Origin: Spirochaetia bacterium
GTDB lineage: Bacteria > Spirochaetota > Spirochaetia > SZUA-6 > Bin103
Assembly: GCA_965203055.1 (NCBI GenBank)
Contig: OZ241863.1
Coordinates: 3,840,001-3,904,000 of the forward strand
Length of the DNA stretch: 64,000 bases
Reading direction: 5' to 3'
In this document: positions 38,445-49,586 of the stretch, piece after piece
Layout: each line of letters opens with the position of its first letter
Position numbering within the stretch: position 1 is the stretch's first letter
Notes under the pieces: generated by a model
The model's database searches: none
What the model was told of the DNA's origin: nothing
What the model saw: only the letters and a program-made list of their open reading frames with translations
Made by a program: the position numbers and the translations under genes

Positions 38445-39425
38445 GTGCGGGTAGCGGTGACCGGCGGCAGCGGGTTCATCGGCGCCCATCTGCTGGCCGC
38501 GCTCGCCGCGCGCGGCGACCGGGTGCGCTGCCTGTTGCGCCCGGGCAGCGACCGCGCGCATCTGCCGGCGGCGGTGGAACCGGTGGTCGCGGCCGATCTG
38601 ACCGCCGCCGGCGCCCTGGAGCGGCTGGTGCGCGGCAGCGACGCCGTGGTGCACCTCGCCGGGTTGACCCGGTCGTGGAGCGCGCGGGAGTTGCAGCGCG
38701 TCAACCGTGACGGCAGCGCGGCGCTGTGCGCGGCGCTGGCGCGGGCGCGCCCGGCGGTGGGCCAGCTCATCATGGTCAGCAGTCAGGCCGCGGTGGGTCC
38801 CTCCTGCGGGCGCCGGCCGCGCCGCGAGCAGGATCCGCCGGCTCCGGTCACCGCCTACGGGCGCAGCAAGCTGGCCGCCGAGCGCGTGCGGCAGCGCCAT
38901 CCCCGGTTGCCGATCACCGTACTGCGCCCGCCCGCGGTGTACGGCCCCGGAGACCGCGACATATTCGCCTACTTTCGCCTGGTACGATCCGGCCTGCGCC
39001 CCGAACTGGTGCCTGCGGGCCGCCTCAGCATGGTGTACGTCGGCAACCTGGTGGACGCGCTGCTGCTGCTGCTGGAGCGGCCGCCGCGCGCCGGGCACCG
39101 CGTCTACCACGTGGCCGACCGCGGCGTGGTGACCATGAGCACGGTGGCGCGCTGGATCGCCGCCGCCTACGGGCGCCCCACCCTGCGGCTGCCGGTGCCG
39201 CTGGCCGCCCTGGCCGTGGCCGGGCTGCCGCTGGCCGCCGCCGGCCGCCTGCTGCGCCGCGACCTGCTGCTGAGCCGCGACAAGCTGCGCGAGATCGCGC
39301 AACCGTCCTGGGTGTTCGCCGCAAGCCGCATTCAGCGCCAACTCGGCTACCGGCCGCGCGTCACCACCCGCGACGGCATCCGGCGCACCGCGCAGTGGTA
39401 CCTGGAACACCGCTGGCTACGCTGA
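38445..39425 (+). CDS. NAD-dependent epimerase/dehydratase (extended SDR, CerR-like)
   Basis: TGGSGFIG, HLAG, YGRSK, RPPAVYGPGD. Confidence 0.85.
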   Translation: MRVAVTGGSGFIGAHLLAALAARGDRVRCLLRPGSDRAHLPAAVEPVVAADLTAAGALERLVRGSDAVVHLAGLTRSWSARELQRVNRDGSAALCAALARARPAVGQLIMVSSQAAVGPSCGRRPRREQDPPAPVTAYGRSKLAAERVRQRHPRLPITVLRPPAVYGPGDRDIFAYFRLVRSGLRPELVPAGRLSMVYVGNLVDALLLLLERPPRAGHRVYHVADRGVVTMSTVARWIAAAYGRPTLRLPVPLAALAVAGLPLAAAGRLLRRDLLLSRDKLREIAQPSWVFAASRIQRQLGYRPRVTTRDGIRRTAQWYLEHRWLR

Positions 39426-39449
39426 CGTTACGCCTTGACTCCGGCAGGG

Positions 39450-39791
39450 TTACGGTCGTTCTGCCGGCGGTTCCGGCACAAGCGCGGGGGACGGCCACGG
39501 GCGGCGCAGGTCCTCGACACGGGTTCCCATCACGGCCAAGCGCGTCTCAACGGCGCCTACCCTGGTTTCCACCACGGCCAAGCGGGTCTCAATGGCACCC
39601 ACTCGGTCGGTCAGCTTGCGCACCTCTCCGCCCAGGTCCTTCACGTCGTTCTCGATGCCCTTCACGTCGTTCTCGATGCGCGCCAAGCTCTGCCGTACAT
39701 CCGCGCGGCCATCCCGCAGGATTGCCCACGCCAGCGCACCAAGCGCTACCACGGCCGGCGCAAGGCTTATCAGCAGGTTGGCGGGCTCCAT
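39450..39791 (-). CDS. small membrane-anchored coiled-coil protein
   Basis: TM segment LAPAVVALGALAWAIL plus heptads IENDVKG/IENDVKD and VETRLAV. Confidence 0.65.
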   Translation of the reverse strand: MEPANLLISLAPAVVALGALAWAILRDGRADVRQSLARIENDVKGIENDVKDLGGEVRKLTDRVGAIETRLAVVETRVGAVETRLAVMGTRVEDLRRPWPSPALVPEPPAERP

Positions 39792-39846
39792 GCCGGTCAC
39801 CTTACCGCGATTCGTCTGGTGGTGTGTGAAGTCGCGGGCTGCCAGT

Positions 39847-41892
39847 CTACGGGGCGGGCTCGCGGTGCAGGGACTGCACCGCCGGCAGGCTCTTCAGGTG
39901 CTTGATCACGCGGCCGTAGTCACGTCGGCTCTTCACCGCCACGGTGAAGCGGCCGGTGAGGTGGGCCTGGCTGTCCGGGTCCAGATAGCCGGACACCAGC
40001 GTGCCGCCGTCGTTGTGGATGATGCGCTCGATCTCCGAGTAGAGGCGCGCGTCGGGCGCGGCGGTGACGGTGAAGCTGTAGCTCAGCCGCGGCGCCGGCA
40101 TTTCCCACGCCACCTCCACGCCGCGCTCGTCGAAGTCGCGAATGTTGAGCACGTTGGCGCAGGCGGCGCGGTGCACGGTGATGCCTTGGCCGCGTGACAC
40201 GTAGCCGACGATCTCGTCGGCCGGGGTGGGCTGGCAGCAGCGCGCCAGCCGGATCAGCAGGCCGGCGTCGTTGCCGTCGCGCAGCCCCACCCGCCAGGAC
40301 GCGTCGTCGCCGGAAGCCGGTTCGTCGGGCCGGGCGCCGGCGCCGGGCGCCCGGCGGCGGCGGGGCGCCGGGTCCGAGGTCCGGGCCGGGCGCGCCGGCT
40401 GCGCCACGATGTTGCGCTGGATGATCAGGTCGGGGTTCTCCTGGATCAACCAGTGGCGGATCTTGGAGCGGGCGCGGGCGGTCTTGACCGAGCGCAGCCA
40501 GCCGACGTGCGGCCGGGCGCGGGGGCTGGTGATGATCTGAATCACCTGCGTGTTCTTCAGTTCCCCGCTCAGCGGCACGATGCTGCCGTTGGCCTTCGCC
40601 GCCTGACAGTGGTTTCCCACCTCGGTGTGAATGTGATAGGCGAAGTCGATGGGAGTGGACCCGCGCGGCAGCTCGATGATGTCTCCCTCCGGCGTGAACA
40701 CGTAGATCGAATCGCGCAGCAGCTCGCGCTTGATCTCATCCAGGAACTCGGTGGAAGCCGCCTGCGCCCCCTGCCAGTCGCGCAGCTTGTTGATGATCGA
40801 CAGCTTGCCGGCGAGCGCCGCGGCGTCGCCGTTGCGCGGTGACTTGTACAGCCAGTGGGCGGCGATGCCGTTCTCCGCGGTCTCGTGCATCTGAGCGCTG
40901 CGGATCTGAAATTCGATGGTGGTTCCCCCGGGGCCCATCACCGTGGTGTGCAGGCTCTGGTAGCGGTTGGACTTGGGCATCGCGATGTAGTCCTTGAACC
41001 GCCCCTCGATCGGCAGCCAAAGCTGGTGCACCAGGCCGAGAATCTCGTAGCATTCGCCGGCGGAAGCGCAGATGATCCGCACCCCCAGCAGATCGTGGAT
41101 TTCGTCCGCGGAGTGGCCGCGGCCCTTCATCTTCTGGAAGATCGAGTAGAAGTGCTTGGCGCGGCTCTCCACCCGCAATTGGACGCCCGCGTCGCGCGCC
41201 GCGGCGGTGAGCTGTTCGGTAACGCGCCGCAGGTAGACGTCGCGCTCCGCCCGCGTCGCCGCCACGAACTCCTTGAGTTGCTCGTAGGCGCGCGGGTAGA
41301 GGTGCTTCATCGCCAAGTCTTCCAATTCGGTGCGGATCCGGTAGAGGCCGAGCCGCCCTGCCAACGGACAGTAGATGTCCATGCACTCGCGCGCGATACG
41401 GGTGCGGTTGTCGGGGTTGTGGAACTCCAGCGTGCGCATGTTGTGCAGCTTGTCGGCCAGCTTGATGAGGATTACGCGCACGTCGCGCACCATCGCGAAC
41501 AACATCTTGCGGATCGACTCCGCCGCCCGCGCCCAGTGGCTCTGCCCCTTGATGATGGAGATCTTGGTGACCCCCTGGACCAGACCGGCCACCTCGGCGC
41601 CGAACGCGGCGGTGATCTCTTCGAGGGTCGAGCCGGTGTCTTCCACCACGTCATGGAGCAGCGCGGCCATCACCGTGTCCGCGTCGAGGCGGGTTTCCAC
41701 CAGAATGGCGGCTACTTCCAGCGGGTGAATGATGAACGGGTCGCCGCTGGCCCGGAACTGCCCCGAGTGGCGCGCGTTGGCCCAGCGCGCCGCGGCGATG
41801 ATCCTGCCCTGCGCGGCTTCGTCGTATTCCTCCGCCGCGGCCTCGAGGCGCTCGCAGAAGCGGTTGACCAGCCGCCGCGAGGCCTGCGTCAC
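39847..41892 (-). CDS. rel: bifunctional (p)ppGpp synthetase/hydrolase
   Basis: HDVVED hydrolase, RFKDYIA..YQSLHT synthetase, TGS domain, ARCC; GTG start approximate. Confidence 0.93.
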   Translation of the reverse strand: MTQASRRLVNRFCERLEAAAEEYDEAAQGRIIAAARWANARHSGQFRASGDPFIIHPLEVAAILVETRLDADTVMAALLHDVVEDTGSTLEEITAAFGAEVAGLVQGVTKISIIKGQSHWARAAESIRKMLFAMVRDVRVILIKLADKLHNMRTLEFHNPDNRTRIARECMDIYCPLAGRLGLYRIRTELEDLAMKHLYPRAYEQLKEFVAATRAERDVYLRRVTEQLTAAARDAGVQLRVESRAKHFYSIFQKMKGRGHSADEIHDLLGVRIICASAGECYEILGLVHQLWLPIEGRFKDYIAMPKSNRYQSLHTTVMGPGGTTIEFQIRSAQMHETAENGIAAHWLYKSPRNGDAAALAGKLSIINKLRDWQGAQAASTEFLDEIKRELLRDSIYVFTPEGDIIELPRGSTPIDFAYHIHTEVGNHCQAAKANGSIVPLSGELKNTQVIQIITSPRARPHVGWLRSVKTARARSKIRHWLIQENPDLIIQRNIVAQPARPARTSDPAPRRRRAPGAGARPDEPASGDDASWRVGLRDGNDAGLLIRLARCCQPTPADEIVGYVSRGQGITVHRAACANVLNIRDFDERGVEVAWEMPAPRLSYSFTVTAAPDARLYSEIERIIHNDGGTLVSGYLDPDSQAHLTGRFTVAVKSRRDYGRVIKHLKSLPAVQSLHREPAP

Positions 41893-42002
41893 CCGCGGGT
41901 AGCCGGCATGCGGGCCGCGGTCGCGGGTCGCCACCGCCGCCGGGGGCGCGCCGCCGGGCGCGGCCGCGGCGGGCGGCGGCGCGGCGGGCGGAGGCCCCCC
42001 GC

Positions 42003-42916
42003 TCACCGCGTTCCCCGGTGGGCGATCAACACCCGCGGCAATCCCGCCAGGTCGCGCCACAGCTCGACGGGCGCGAAGCCGCGCCGCTCCAGTGCGGGCG
42101 CCAGCGCCGCGGCGCCGCCGGCGCCGGTCTCCAGCAGCAATGCGCCCCCCGGCCGCAGGCGCCGCCGCGCGCAGTCGAGCAGGCGGCGGCTCGGCCCCAG
42201 CCCGTCGGCGCCGCCGTCCAGCGCCAGCGCCGGCTCCGGCCAACCCCGCCGGCGCAGCCGCGCAACCTCCGCGCTGGTCAGGTAGGGCAGGTTGGCTACG
42301 ATCAGGTCCCAGCGCGCCGGCGCCGGCGGCAGCAGGTCGCACACCCGCAGCCGCAACCGCCCCGCGCCCAGGCGGTCGCGGTTGCCCCGCGCCGCGGCCA
42401 CCGCCGCCGGCGACAGATCCGAGGCGCTCACCCGCCACGCCGGGCGCTCGAGCTGCAGGGTCACGGCCACCGCGCCGCTGCCGGTGCCGACCTCGTGCAG
42501 CGCCGGGACCCCGCCGGCCGCGGCGCCGGCGTCACCCCGGCGCAGCGCCGCCTGCACCAGCAGCTCGGTCTCCGGGCGCGGGATCAGCACGCGCCGGTCC
42601 ACGCGGAAGGGGCGCCCGTAGAACTCCTTGCAGCCGCGCAGGTAGGCTACCGGTTCGCCGGCCGCGCGCCGCTCCAGGACCTGCTCGAAGCGCGCCCTGG
42701 TGAGCTCCGGCAACGGCTCCGGATAGGCCGCGAACAGCCGCTCCTTGGAGACCGCCAGCAGGTGCGCCAGCAACACCGCGGCGTCCAGGTAGGGGGTGTC
42801 CGCGCCGCGCGCGCGCAGCCGGGCGGCGGCCGCGCCCACCGCGGCGCCGACCGTGACCGGCGCGGCGCCGCGCGCCCGCGGCAGCGCCGCCGGCGCCGCC
42901 ACTGCGGCCGCGGCCA

Positions 42917-42917
<1 letters not shown>
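42003..42917 (-). CDS. prmC: release factor glutamine methyltransferase
   Basis: LIPRPETE, GTGSG, NLPY; follows prfA. Confidence 0.92.
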
Positions 42918-44013
<1,096 letters not shown>

Positions 44014-44017
<4 letters not shown>

Positions 44018-44595
44018 GACTTACGCGGCGCCGGACTGCTCCGGGGCTGGCGATGGAACAGGAAGCCGAACAGGCTGCCGCAGACCCCGCCGGCGATGTG
44101 CGCGAACTGGGAAACGGTGTCGTCCGCGAACGCGCCCAGCACCTCGCGCACCAGGTACACCACCACCACCAGGATGAAGGTGAGCGGTATCTCGCCGCTG
44201 GCGATGTTGGTGAAGGAACTGAGCAGGATCATCATGAACACCACGCCGCTCGCCCCCATGAGGCCGGTATCGAGGAACAGGACATTGATCACTCCGGTAA
44301 CCAGCGCGGTGACCAGCATCATGGCCAGCAGCGGGCCGGAATGGTACTTCTCTTCCAGTATCGGCCCGATCAACAGGATGAGCGAGAAATTGGCAACCAG
44401 ATGGGTCCAGTCCTGGTGACCGGCGACGTGGGAGATCACGCGGAAGTAGCTCAGCGGCGACTGGCCGTCGAACGTCGGCGGCACCGCGAAGTAGAGCCGC
44501 GACACCTGGCCGCCGGCCAGCAGATCCGCGGCCAGCACCGCGACGCTGACCAGGGCGAAGGAAAGTACGGACGGCGCGTTGTAGCGGATCTTCAT
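44014..44595 (-). CDS. rhomboid intramembrane serine protease
   Basis: H..N, GASG, AH..G; multiple TM segments. Confidence 0.85.
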
Positions 44596-45947
44596 AGCTG
44601 TGCTCCTCCAAGCAGTTCCATGATGCGGGCGTTGGCCTCCGCCAGCGCCTGCTCATCGACCGCCTCCAGCCGCAGCCGCAGCAGCGGCTCGGTGTTGCTC
44701 GGGCGCAGATTGAACCAGAACCGGTCGTAGCTCACGCTGACCCCGTCCAGCTCCTCCCGGCGGCCGTCGGCGCAGGCGGCCCGCACCCGCTGCAGCGCCG
44801 CGTTCGGGTCGCGCCCGTCGAGGCGGATGTTCACCTCCTCCTGCTGCGCGTAGCGGGCGCGCAGCGGCGCCGCCAGCTCCGACAGCGGGCGCCCGCGCCG
44901 CAGCATCAGGTTGAGCAGCATGCCGAGCCCGTAGATGGCGGACTCGGTGTAGAAGGAGTCGCTGACCCGGAAGTAGAGGTGGCCCGAGGTTTCGTTGCCG
45001 TACCACGCGCCGGAGCGCACCATCGCGTCATGGAGGTGGCTGTACCCTACCCGGGCCTTCACCGGGATGCCGCCGGCCGCGGCGATCTCCTCCGGCAACA
45101 CCCGGGAGGAGATCAGGTCGTAGACGATGGCCGCGCCCGGATGCTGCTCCAGCACGGCGCCGGCGATCAGGGCGCCGGCGAAGTAGCTCTCCAGCGCGCG
45201 TCCGGTCTCGTCGAAGAACAGGATGCGGTCGCCGTCGCCGTCCAGCACCGCGCCCAGCGCCGCCCCGGCGCGCGGCACCGCGGCCGCCGCCTGGCGCTGG
45301 CTGGCGGCCTCCAGCGGGTTGGGCGGGTGGGCGGGGAACGATCCGTCGGGGGCGCCGTTGAGCAGCACGGCGTCCAGGCCCAGGCGTTCCGCGGCAGCGG
45401 CCAGCAGCCCCCCGGCCGAGCCGTTGGAAGCGTCCAGCACCACCTTCATACCGCGCGCCTCGGGACGCACGTGGGCGGTGGCGAACGCCACGTAGGACTC
45501 TAACGCCGCGGCCGGCAGCGCCGGCAACGGCGCCGGGACCGCGGGCGGGACGCCGGCGTCGCCGGCCACCGCCGCTTCGATGGCGCGCAACCCCTTGGCG
45601 TAGCTCACCGAGCCGCCGTTGCCGTCGTACAGCTTGAAGCCGTGGTACTGCGGCGGATTGTGGGACGCGGTGGCCATCACGCCGGCGCCGTAGCCGCGCT
45701 GCAACTGCAGGTAATGCAGCGCCGGGGTGCTGATGCAGCCGGCGTCGCGCAGCGCGCTCCCGGCGCTGGCGGCGCCGGCGCCGAAGGCGCGCAGCAGCTC
45801 CGCCGAGTGGGTGCGCGCGTCGGCGCCGCCGAGCATCTCCGCGGCGCCGCTGAAACGGGCAAAGGCGCGCCCCACCCGGAACGCCAGGACAGCGTCGATC
45901 TCGGCGCCGTAGATGCCGCGAATGTCATACGCCTTGAACGGATTCAT
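44592..45947 (-). CDS. phosphomannomutase/phosphoglucomutase
   Basis: FKAYDIRG, TASHNP, DGDGDR, RPSNTEP. Confidence 0.92.
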   Translation of the reverse strand: MNPFKAYDIRGIYGAEIDAVLAFRVGRAFARFSGAAEMLGGADARTHSAELLRAFGAGAASAGSALRDAGCISTPALHYLQLQRGYGAGVMATASHNPPQYHGFKLYDGNGGSVSYAKGLRAIEAAVAGDAGVPPAVPAPLPALPAAALESYVAFATAHVRPEARGMKVVLDASNGSAGGLLAAAAERLGLDAVLLNGAPDGSFPAHPPNPLEAASQRQAAAAVPRAGAALGAVLDGDGDRILFFDETGRALESYFAGALIAGAVLEQHPGAAIVYDLISSRVLPEEIAAAGGIPVKARVGYSHLHDAMVRSGAWYGNETSGHLYFRVSDSFYTESAIYGLGMLLNLMLRRGRPLSELAAPLRARYAQQEEVNIRLDGRDPNAALQRVRAACADGRREELDGVSVSYDRFWFNLRPSNTEPLLRLRLEAVDEQALAEANARIMELLGGAQL

Positions 45948-47908
45948 ACGGTCGTGGCGCCGGCCCCCTCCAGGATCCGTTCCACCTCCTCCCATGCCGC
46001 CGCGGCGGCCTGCTGCGCGCGGCCGTTGGCCTGCAGCTTGCGCTTCAGGTCGCGGACCCGCGCGCCGTCGGGGTAGACCGCCGGATCGCCGAGCTGATCT
46101 TGCAACCGGCGCTCGGTTTGCTGCAACCGGTCCAGCTCGTCGAGCAGCGCCTGCTGGCGGCGGCGCAACGCCTCCGGCGCGCGCTCCCCGCGCAGGCGCC
46201 CCGCAGCGCGCCGGGCGCCGGACCGCGGCCGCCGCGGCGCCCGCCCGGCCGCCGCATCACGCCCGCCCGGCGGCGGCGTGAGCGCCGGCGGCGTCGGCGC
46301 GGCCGCGCCCGCGCTTCGCTTCCACTGAAAATAGTCCCATCCGCCGTGATAGAAGCGCACCTCGTCGCGGGTCACCTCCAGCACCTTGGTGGCAAGCTGA
46401 GCGATGAAGTACTCGTCGTGCGAGGCGAATACCAGGGTGCCGGCGTAGCGCCGCAGGGCCTGCGTGAGGATGCCGATGGCGCTCAGGTCGAGGTGGCTGG
46501 TAGGCTCGTCGAGCAACAGCAGGTTGGCCGGCTGCAACAGCAACCGGACCAGCGCCACCCGGCTGCGCTCGCCGCCGCTGAGCACCCGCAACGGCTTGAA
46601 CACGTCGTCGCCGCTGAACAGGAACGCGCCGAGCAGGTTGCGCAAGCGCGGCATCATCTCGCCCGGCGCCACCGCTTCCACGTCTTCCAGCACGCAGTGG
46701 CTGCCGGTCAGTTGTTCGGCGCGGTCCTGGGCGTAGTACCCGACCGTGACCCCGGTGCCCAGCACCACCTGGCCGGCGGCGAGCGGCGCGGCTCCGGCCA
46801 GGGCGCGCAGCAGAGTCGACTTGCCGGCGCCGTTGTCGCCCAACAACGCCAGGCGGTCGCCCCGGTCCAGCTCCAGATCCAGATCGCGGATCACCTGCCG
46901 GGAGCCGTAGGAGAGGCTCAGTCCCGCCGCCCCGAGCGCCCGCCGGCCGCCCGGCGGCGCCGGCGGGAAGCTGAAGCTGAGGTGCGACTGCACCGGCGGC
47001 GGTTCCAGCCGCGGCAGGCGCTCGAGCTGCTTGAGGCGGCTCTGCACCAGGCGCGCCTTGGAGGCGTTGGCGCGGAACTTGCGCACGAACGCCTCCATGC
47101 GCGCGATTTCCTCCTGCTGGCGTTCGTAGGCGGCGGCCATCTGCTCCAGCTCCGCGGCGCGCCGCTGCAGGTATTCCGAGAACAGGCCGGGCCAGGTGCG
47201 CAGCCGGCCGCGGTAGATTTCCGCCACCCGGTCGCAGGTGCGGTCCAGCAACGTGCGGTCGTGCGCCACCAGCAGGAACCCGCCGGGCCAGGTGCGCAGG
47301 TAGCCCTCCAGCCACTGGCGCGCTTCCAGGTCGAGATAGTTGGACGGCTCGTCGAGAAGCAGCAGATCGGAGTTCCGCAGCAGCAGCTTGGCCAGGGCGA
47401 TGCGCATCTGCCAGCCGGAGGAGAAGGCGGAGGTCTCCTGGTCGGCGTCGCGCGGCCGGAATCCCAGGCCGCGGCTGACGCGGTCGAGGCGCGCGGCGCG
47501 CTCGGCGGCGCCGTCCGCGCTCACCCGCTCGGTGAGCTGCGCGTAGCGCTCCAGCAGGCGGTCGAGCCGGGCGCCGTCGCCGGCCGCGGCCATCTCCTCC
47601 TCGACCTGCCGCAGCTCGCGCTCGGCGGCCAGCTCGGCGGCGAACGCGAGCGTCAACTCCTCGTGCAGGGTGCGTCCGGAGTGCTCCACTCCGGACTGCG
47701 CCAGGTAGGCGATGCTGACGCCGCGCCGCGCGATGACGCGCCCCCGGTCGGCGCTGCCGTGCCCGGCGATGATGCGCATCAGGGTGGACTTGCCGCTGCC
47801 GTTGGCCCCGCACAGGGCAATGCGGGCTCCCCGGTCGATCGTCAGACTGACGCCGTCCAGCACCACCTGCGCGCCGTACGCCACGGAGAGATCGGTGACT
47901 GTTACCAT
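45944..47908 (-). CDS. ABC-F family ATPase
   Basis: Two NBDs (GSGKST, SSGW, LDEP; GAGKST, LSGGE, LDEP), no TM segments, C-terminal coiled coil. Confidence 0.92.
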   Translation of the reverse strand: MVTVTDLSVAYGAQVVLDGVSLTIDRGARIALCGANGSGKSTLMRIIAGHGSADRGRVIARRGVSIAYLAQSGVEHSGRTLHEELTLAFAAELAAERELRQVEEEMAAAGDGARLDRLLERYAQLTERVSADGAAERAARLDRVSRGLGFRPRDADQETSAFSSGWQMRIALAKLLLRNSDLLLLDEPSNYLDLEARQWLEGYLRTWPGGFLLVAHDRTLLDRTCDRVAEIYRGRLRTWPGLFSEYLQRRAAELEQMAAAYERQQEEIARMEAFVRKFRANASKARLVQSRLKQLERLPRLEPPPVQSHLSFSFPPAPPGGRRALGAAGLSLSYGSRQVIRDLDLELDRGDRLALLGDNGAGKSTLLRALAGAAPLAAGQVVLGTGVTVGYYAQDRAEQLTGSHCVLEDVEAVAPGEMMPRLRNLLGAFLFSGDDVFKPLRVLSGGERSRVALVRLLLQPANLLLLDEPTSHLDLSAIGILTQALRRYAGTLVFASHDEYFIAQLATKVLEVTRDEVRFYHGGWDYFQWKRSAGAAAPTPPALTPPPGGRDAAAGRAPRRPRSGARRAAGRLRGERAPEALRRRQQALLDELDRLQQTERRLQDQLGDPAVYPDGARVRDLKRKLQANGRAQQAAAAAWEEVERILEGAGATTV

Positions 47909-47973
47909 GTGCGTTGCGCCGCAAGTGTAGCATCAGTCGGGCGCGCATTTCGTCAGGCCGCTTGGCGGCCCGT

Positions 47974-48025
47974 CCCTGTCCCCGGTCCCCGGCCAATCCC
48001 CAGTCCTCCAATCCCCAGTCCCAGT
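47974..48025 (+). repeat. degenerate heptamer tandem repeats (CCCCAGT/CCCCGGT-like)
   Basis: ccctgtc cccggtc cccggcc aatcccc agtcctc caatccc cagtccc agt. Confidence 0.55.
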
Positions 48026-48064
48026 GTAGGAAATGAGATCGCCGCGAGACGTTGAATCACCGGT

Positions 48065-49390
48065 CTACCGGCGCTGGCCATCCTCGTCGGGGCGCCCGAA
48101 TCCGGCGCCGGCGTGGCGATAGCGGTGATGCGCGGCGCACAGCAGCCGGAGATTGTTCGGCTCGGCGCCGCCGCCGCAGGCATACGGCACGACGTGATCG
48201 ATCTGCAGCAGGTGTTGCGAGCCGCAACGGCGCCCGCTGGCGCGGTCCACGTAGCGGCAGCGGCCCCGGTCGCGCCGCCACACCTCGCGCTTGACCGCCG
48301 GGATGGCGCGGCCGGTCACGCCCTTCTTCGCTGCCGAAGTCCGGGTCCGCGGCGGCGCAGCCGGCTGCGCGCACGCCGCAGCCTGCCGGCCGAGACGCCG
48401 CGTCTTCGCCGCCGAAGTGGTGTCGCCCGCCGGCTTCGCTGCCGAAGTGACCGGGCGGTCAGCGGCTTCGTCTCCCGGCTGCGCCGGCGTCTGAGCCGAT
48501 ACCTTCGCCGCCGAAGGAGCGGCGCGGTCCGCGCCGGCCTCCTGCTTCGCTGCCGAGGCCGCCTGCGTCTTCGGCGCCGAAGTTTGCTCGGCGCCTTTGG
48601 CCGGCGCGGTGCGCCGCCCGCGCGGCGGCCGGGCCGGGTCGTGGCGGTCGAGCCCTTCCCGCACCAGCCGCCCCATGAGCTGCCCCATCGTCAGGTGCGG
48701 GTCTACGTGGGACAGGAGGCCCTGGAGCCGCTCCAAGCCGCGCCGGCACTCATCGTCGATCACCGCCTTGATCTCCCAGCGCCCGCCGCCCAGGGGCCGC
48801 ACCCGAGCCGCCGGCGCCGCCAGCTCGGGGTCCACCTCGGCCAGCAACTGCATCACCTCCCGGCTGCTCTTGCCGGACGCCTGCTCCACCAGCTCCCGCC
48901 GCGCCTCCGAGTCCAGCACCGGCACCGGCGCCGGCTTCCGCTCCGCCGGCCGCGGCGGCCCCGAGCCGTTCTGCGACTGAGCGGCAGCCCCGAACCCGGC
49001 CCCGCCCGGCGTGCTACGCGCCGCCCGCTCCTTCCTGCGCTCCTGCCGGTCGAAGGCATGCTGCAACTGCGCCGCCGCGTTCAGCGTCATCATGCCATTC
49101 TGCAGGCGCTCGCGCACGCCGTCGACCTCCGCGCAGAGCCGCATCGCCTTGATGCGCCGCCACGCTGCGGCGTCGCTGTAGCCCAGTTCGCGCACCGCGT
49201 AATCGAACAGGCTCGAGAACCCGCGGCGCAGATACAGGCGGCGCCTATGAATCTCGCGCAGGTGGTCGATCACGACCACTTCGAGATGGTGTTCGATGCC
49301 GGAAAGTTCCTTGGTCCGCTCCAGCAGGAGGTCGTCTGAGAGGGCGGAAACGGTAGTGGTGATGGCCCCGTCGGAACCCTGATTGTTCAT
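48065..49390 (-). CDS. HNH endonuclease with N-terminal helical domain and repeat linker
   Basis: VWRRDRGRCRY...CGS...IDHVVP..GG....NLRLLCAAHH; N-terminal HLREI..R.LY..GFSSLFDY. Confidence 0.88.
   Translation of the reverse strand: MNNQGSDGAITTTVSALSDDLLLERTKELSGIEHHLEVVVIDHLREIHRRRLYLRRGFSSLFDYAVRELGYSDAAAWRRIKAMRLCAEVDGVRERLQNGMMTLNAAAQLQHAFDRQERRKERAARSTPGGAGFGAAAQSQNGSGPPRPAERKPAPVPVLDSEARRELVEQASGKSSREVMQLLAEVDPELAAPAARVRPLGGGRWEIKAVIDDECRRGLERLQGLLSHVDPHLTMGQLMGRLVREGLDRHDPARPPRGRRTAPAKGAEQTSAPKTQAASAAKQEAGADRAAPSAAKVSAQTPAQPGDEAADRPVTSAAKPAGDTTSAAKTRRLGRQAAACAQPAAPPRTRTSAAKKGVTGRAIPAVKREVWRRDRGRCRYVDRASGRRCGSQHLLQIDHVVPYACGGGAEPNNLRLLCAAHHRYRHAGAGFGRPDEDGQRR
48326..48582. repeat. six in-frame 14-bp palindromic repeats CTTCG-N4-CGAAG
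   Basis: Copies at 48326, 48404, 48434, 48503, 48545 (1 mismatch) and 48569; encode (T/P/A)SA(A/P)K. Confidence 0.8.
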
Positions 49391-49396
49391 GACATA

Positions 49397-49425
49397 AATA
49401 TAACCATGGAAACTATTTGAGTCAA
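49397..49425 (-). promoter_or_regulatory. near-consensus sigma70 promoter, leaderless HNH transcript
   Basis: TTGACT-17 bp-TATATT, then 6 nt to ATG 49390; no SD sequence. Confidence 0.7.
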
Positions 49426-49586
49426 GGTATTCGGCCCGTAAGATGCCACCTGCGGGCGTGACTAGGCGGCGCATTTCCAAGCGGCTGGACATTCCGTCAG
49501 ATGCTGCTGCCGAGAACGTCGCCGGCGTCGACAGGGGGTACCGAGGGGCCGGCTGCGACGCCGGCGCGGGCTGGAAGTGCGCCCCA

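Noticed and set aside
48326..48582. Palindromic repeats as a CRISPR array
   Set aside because: Repeats are only 14 bp, spacing is irregular, they lie in-frame within a CDS, and no cas genes are present
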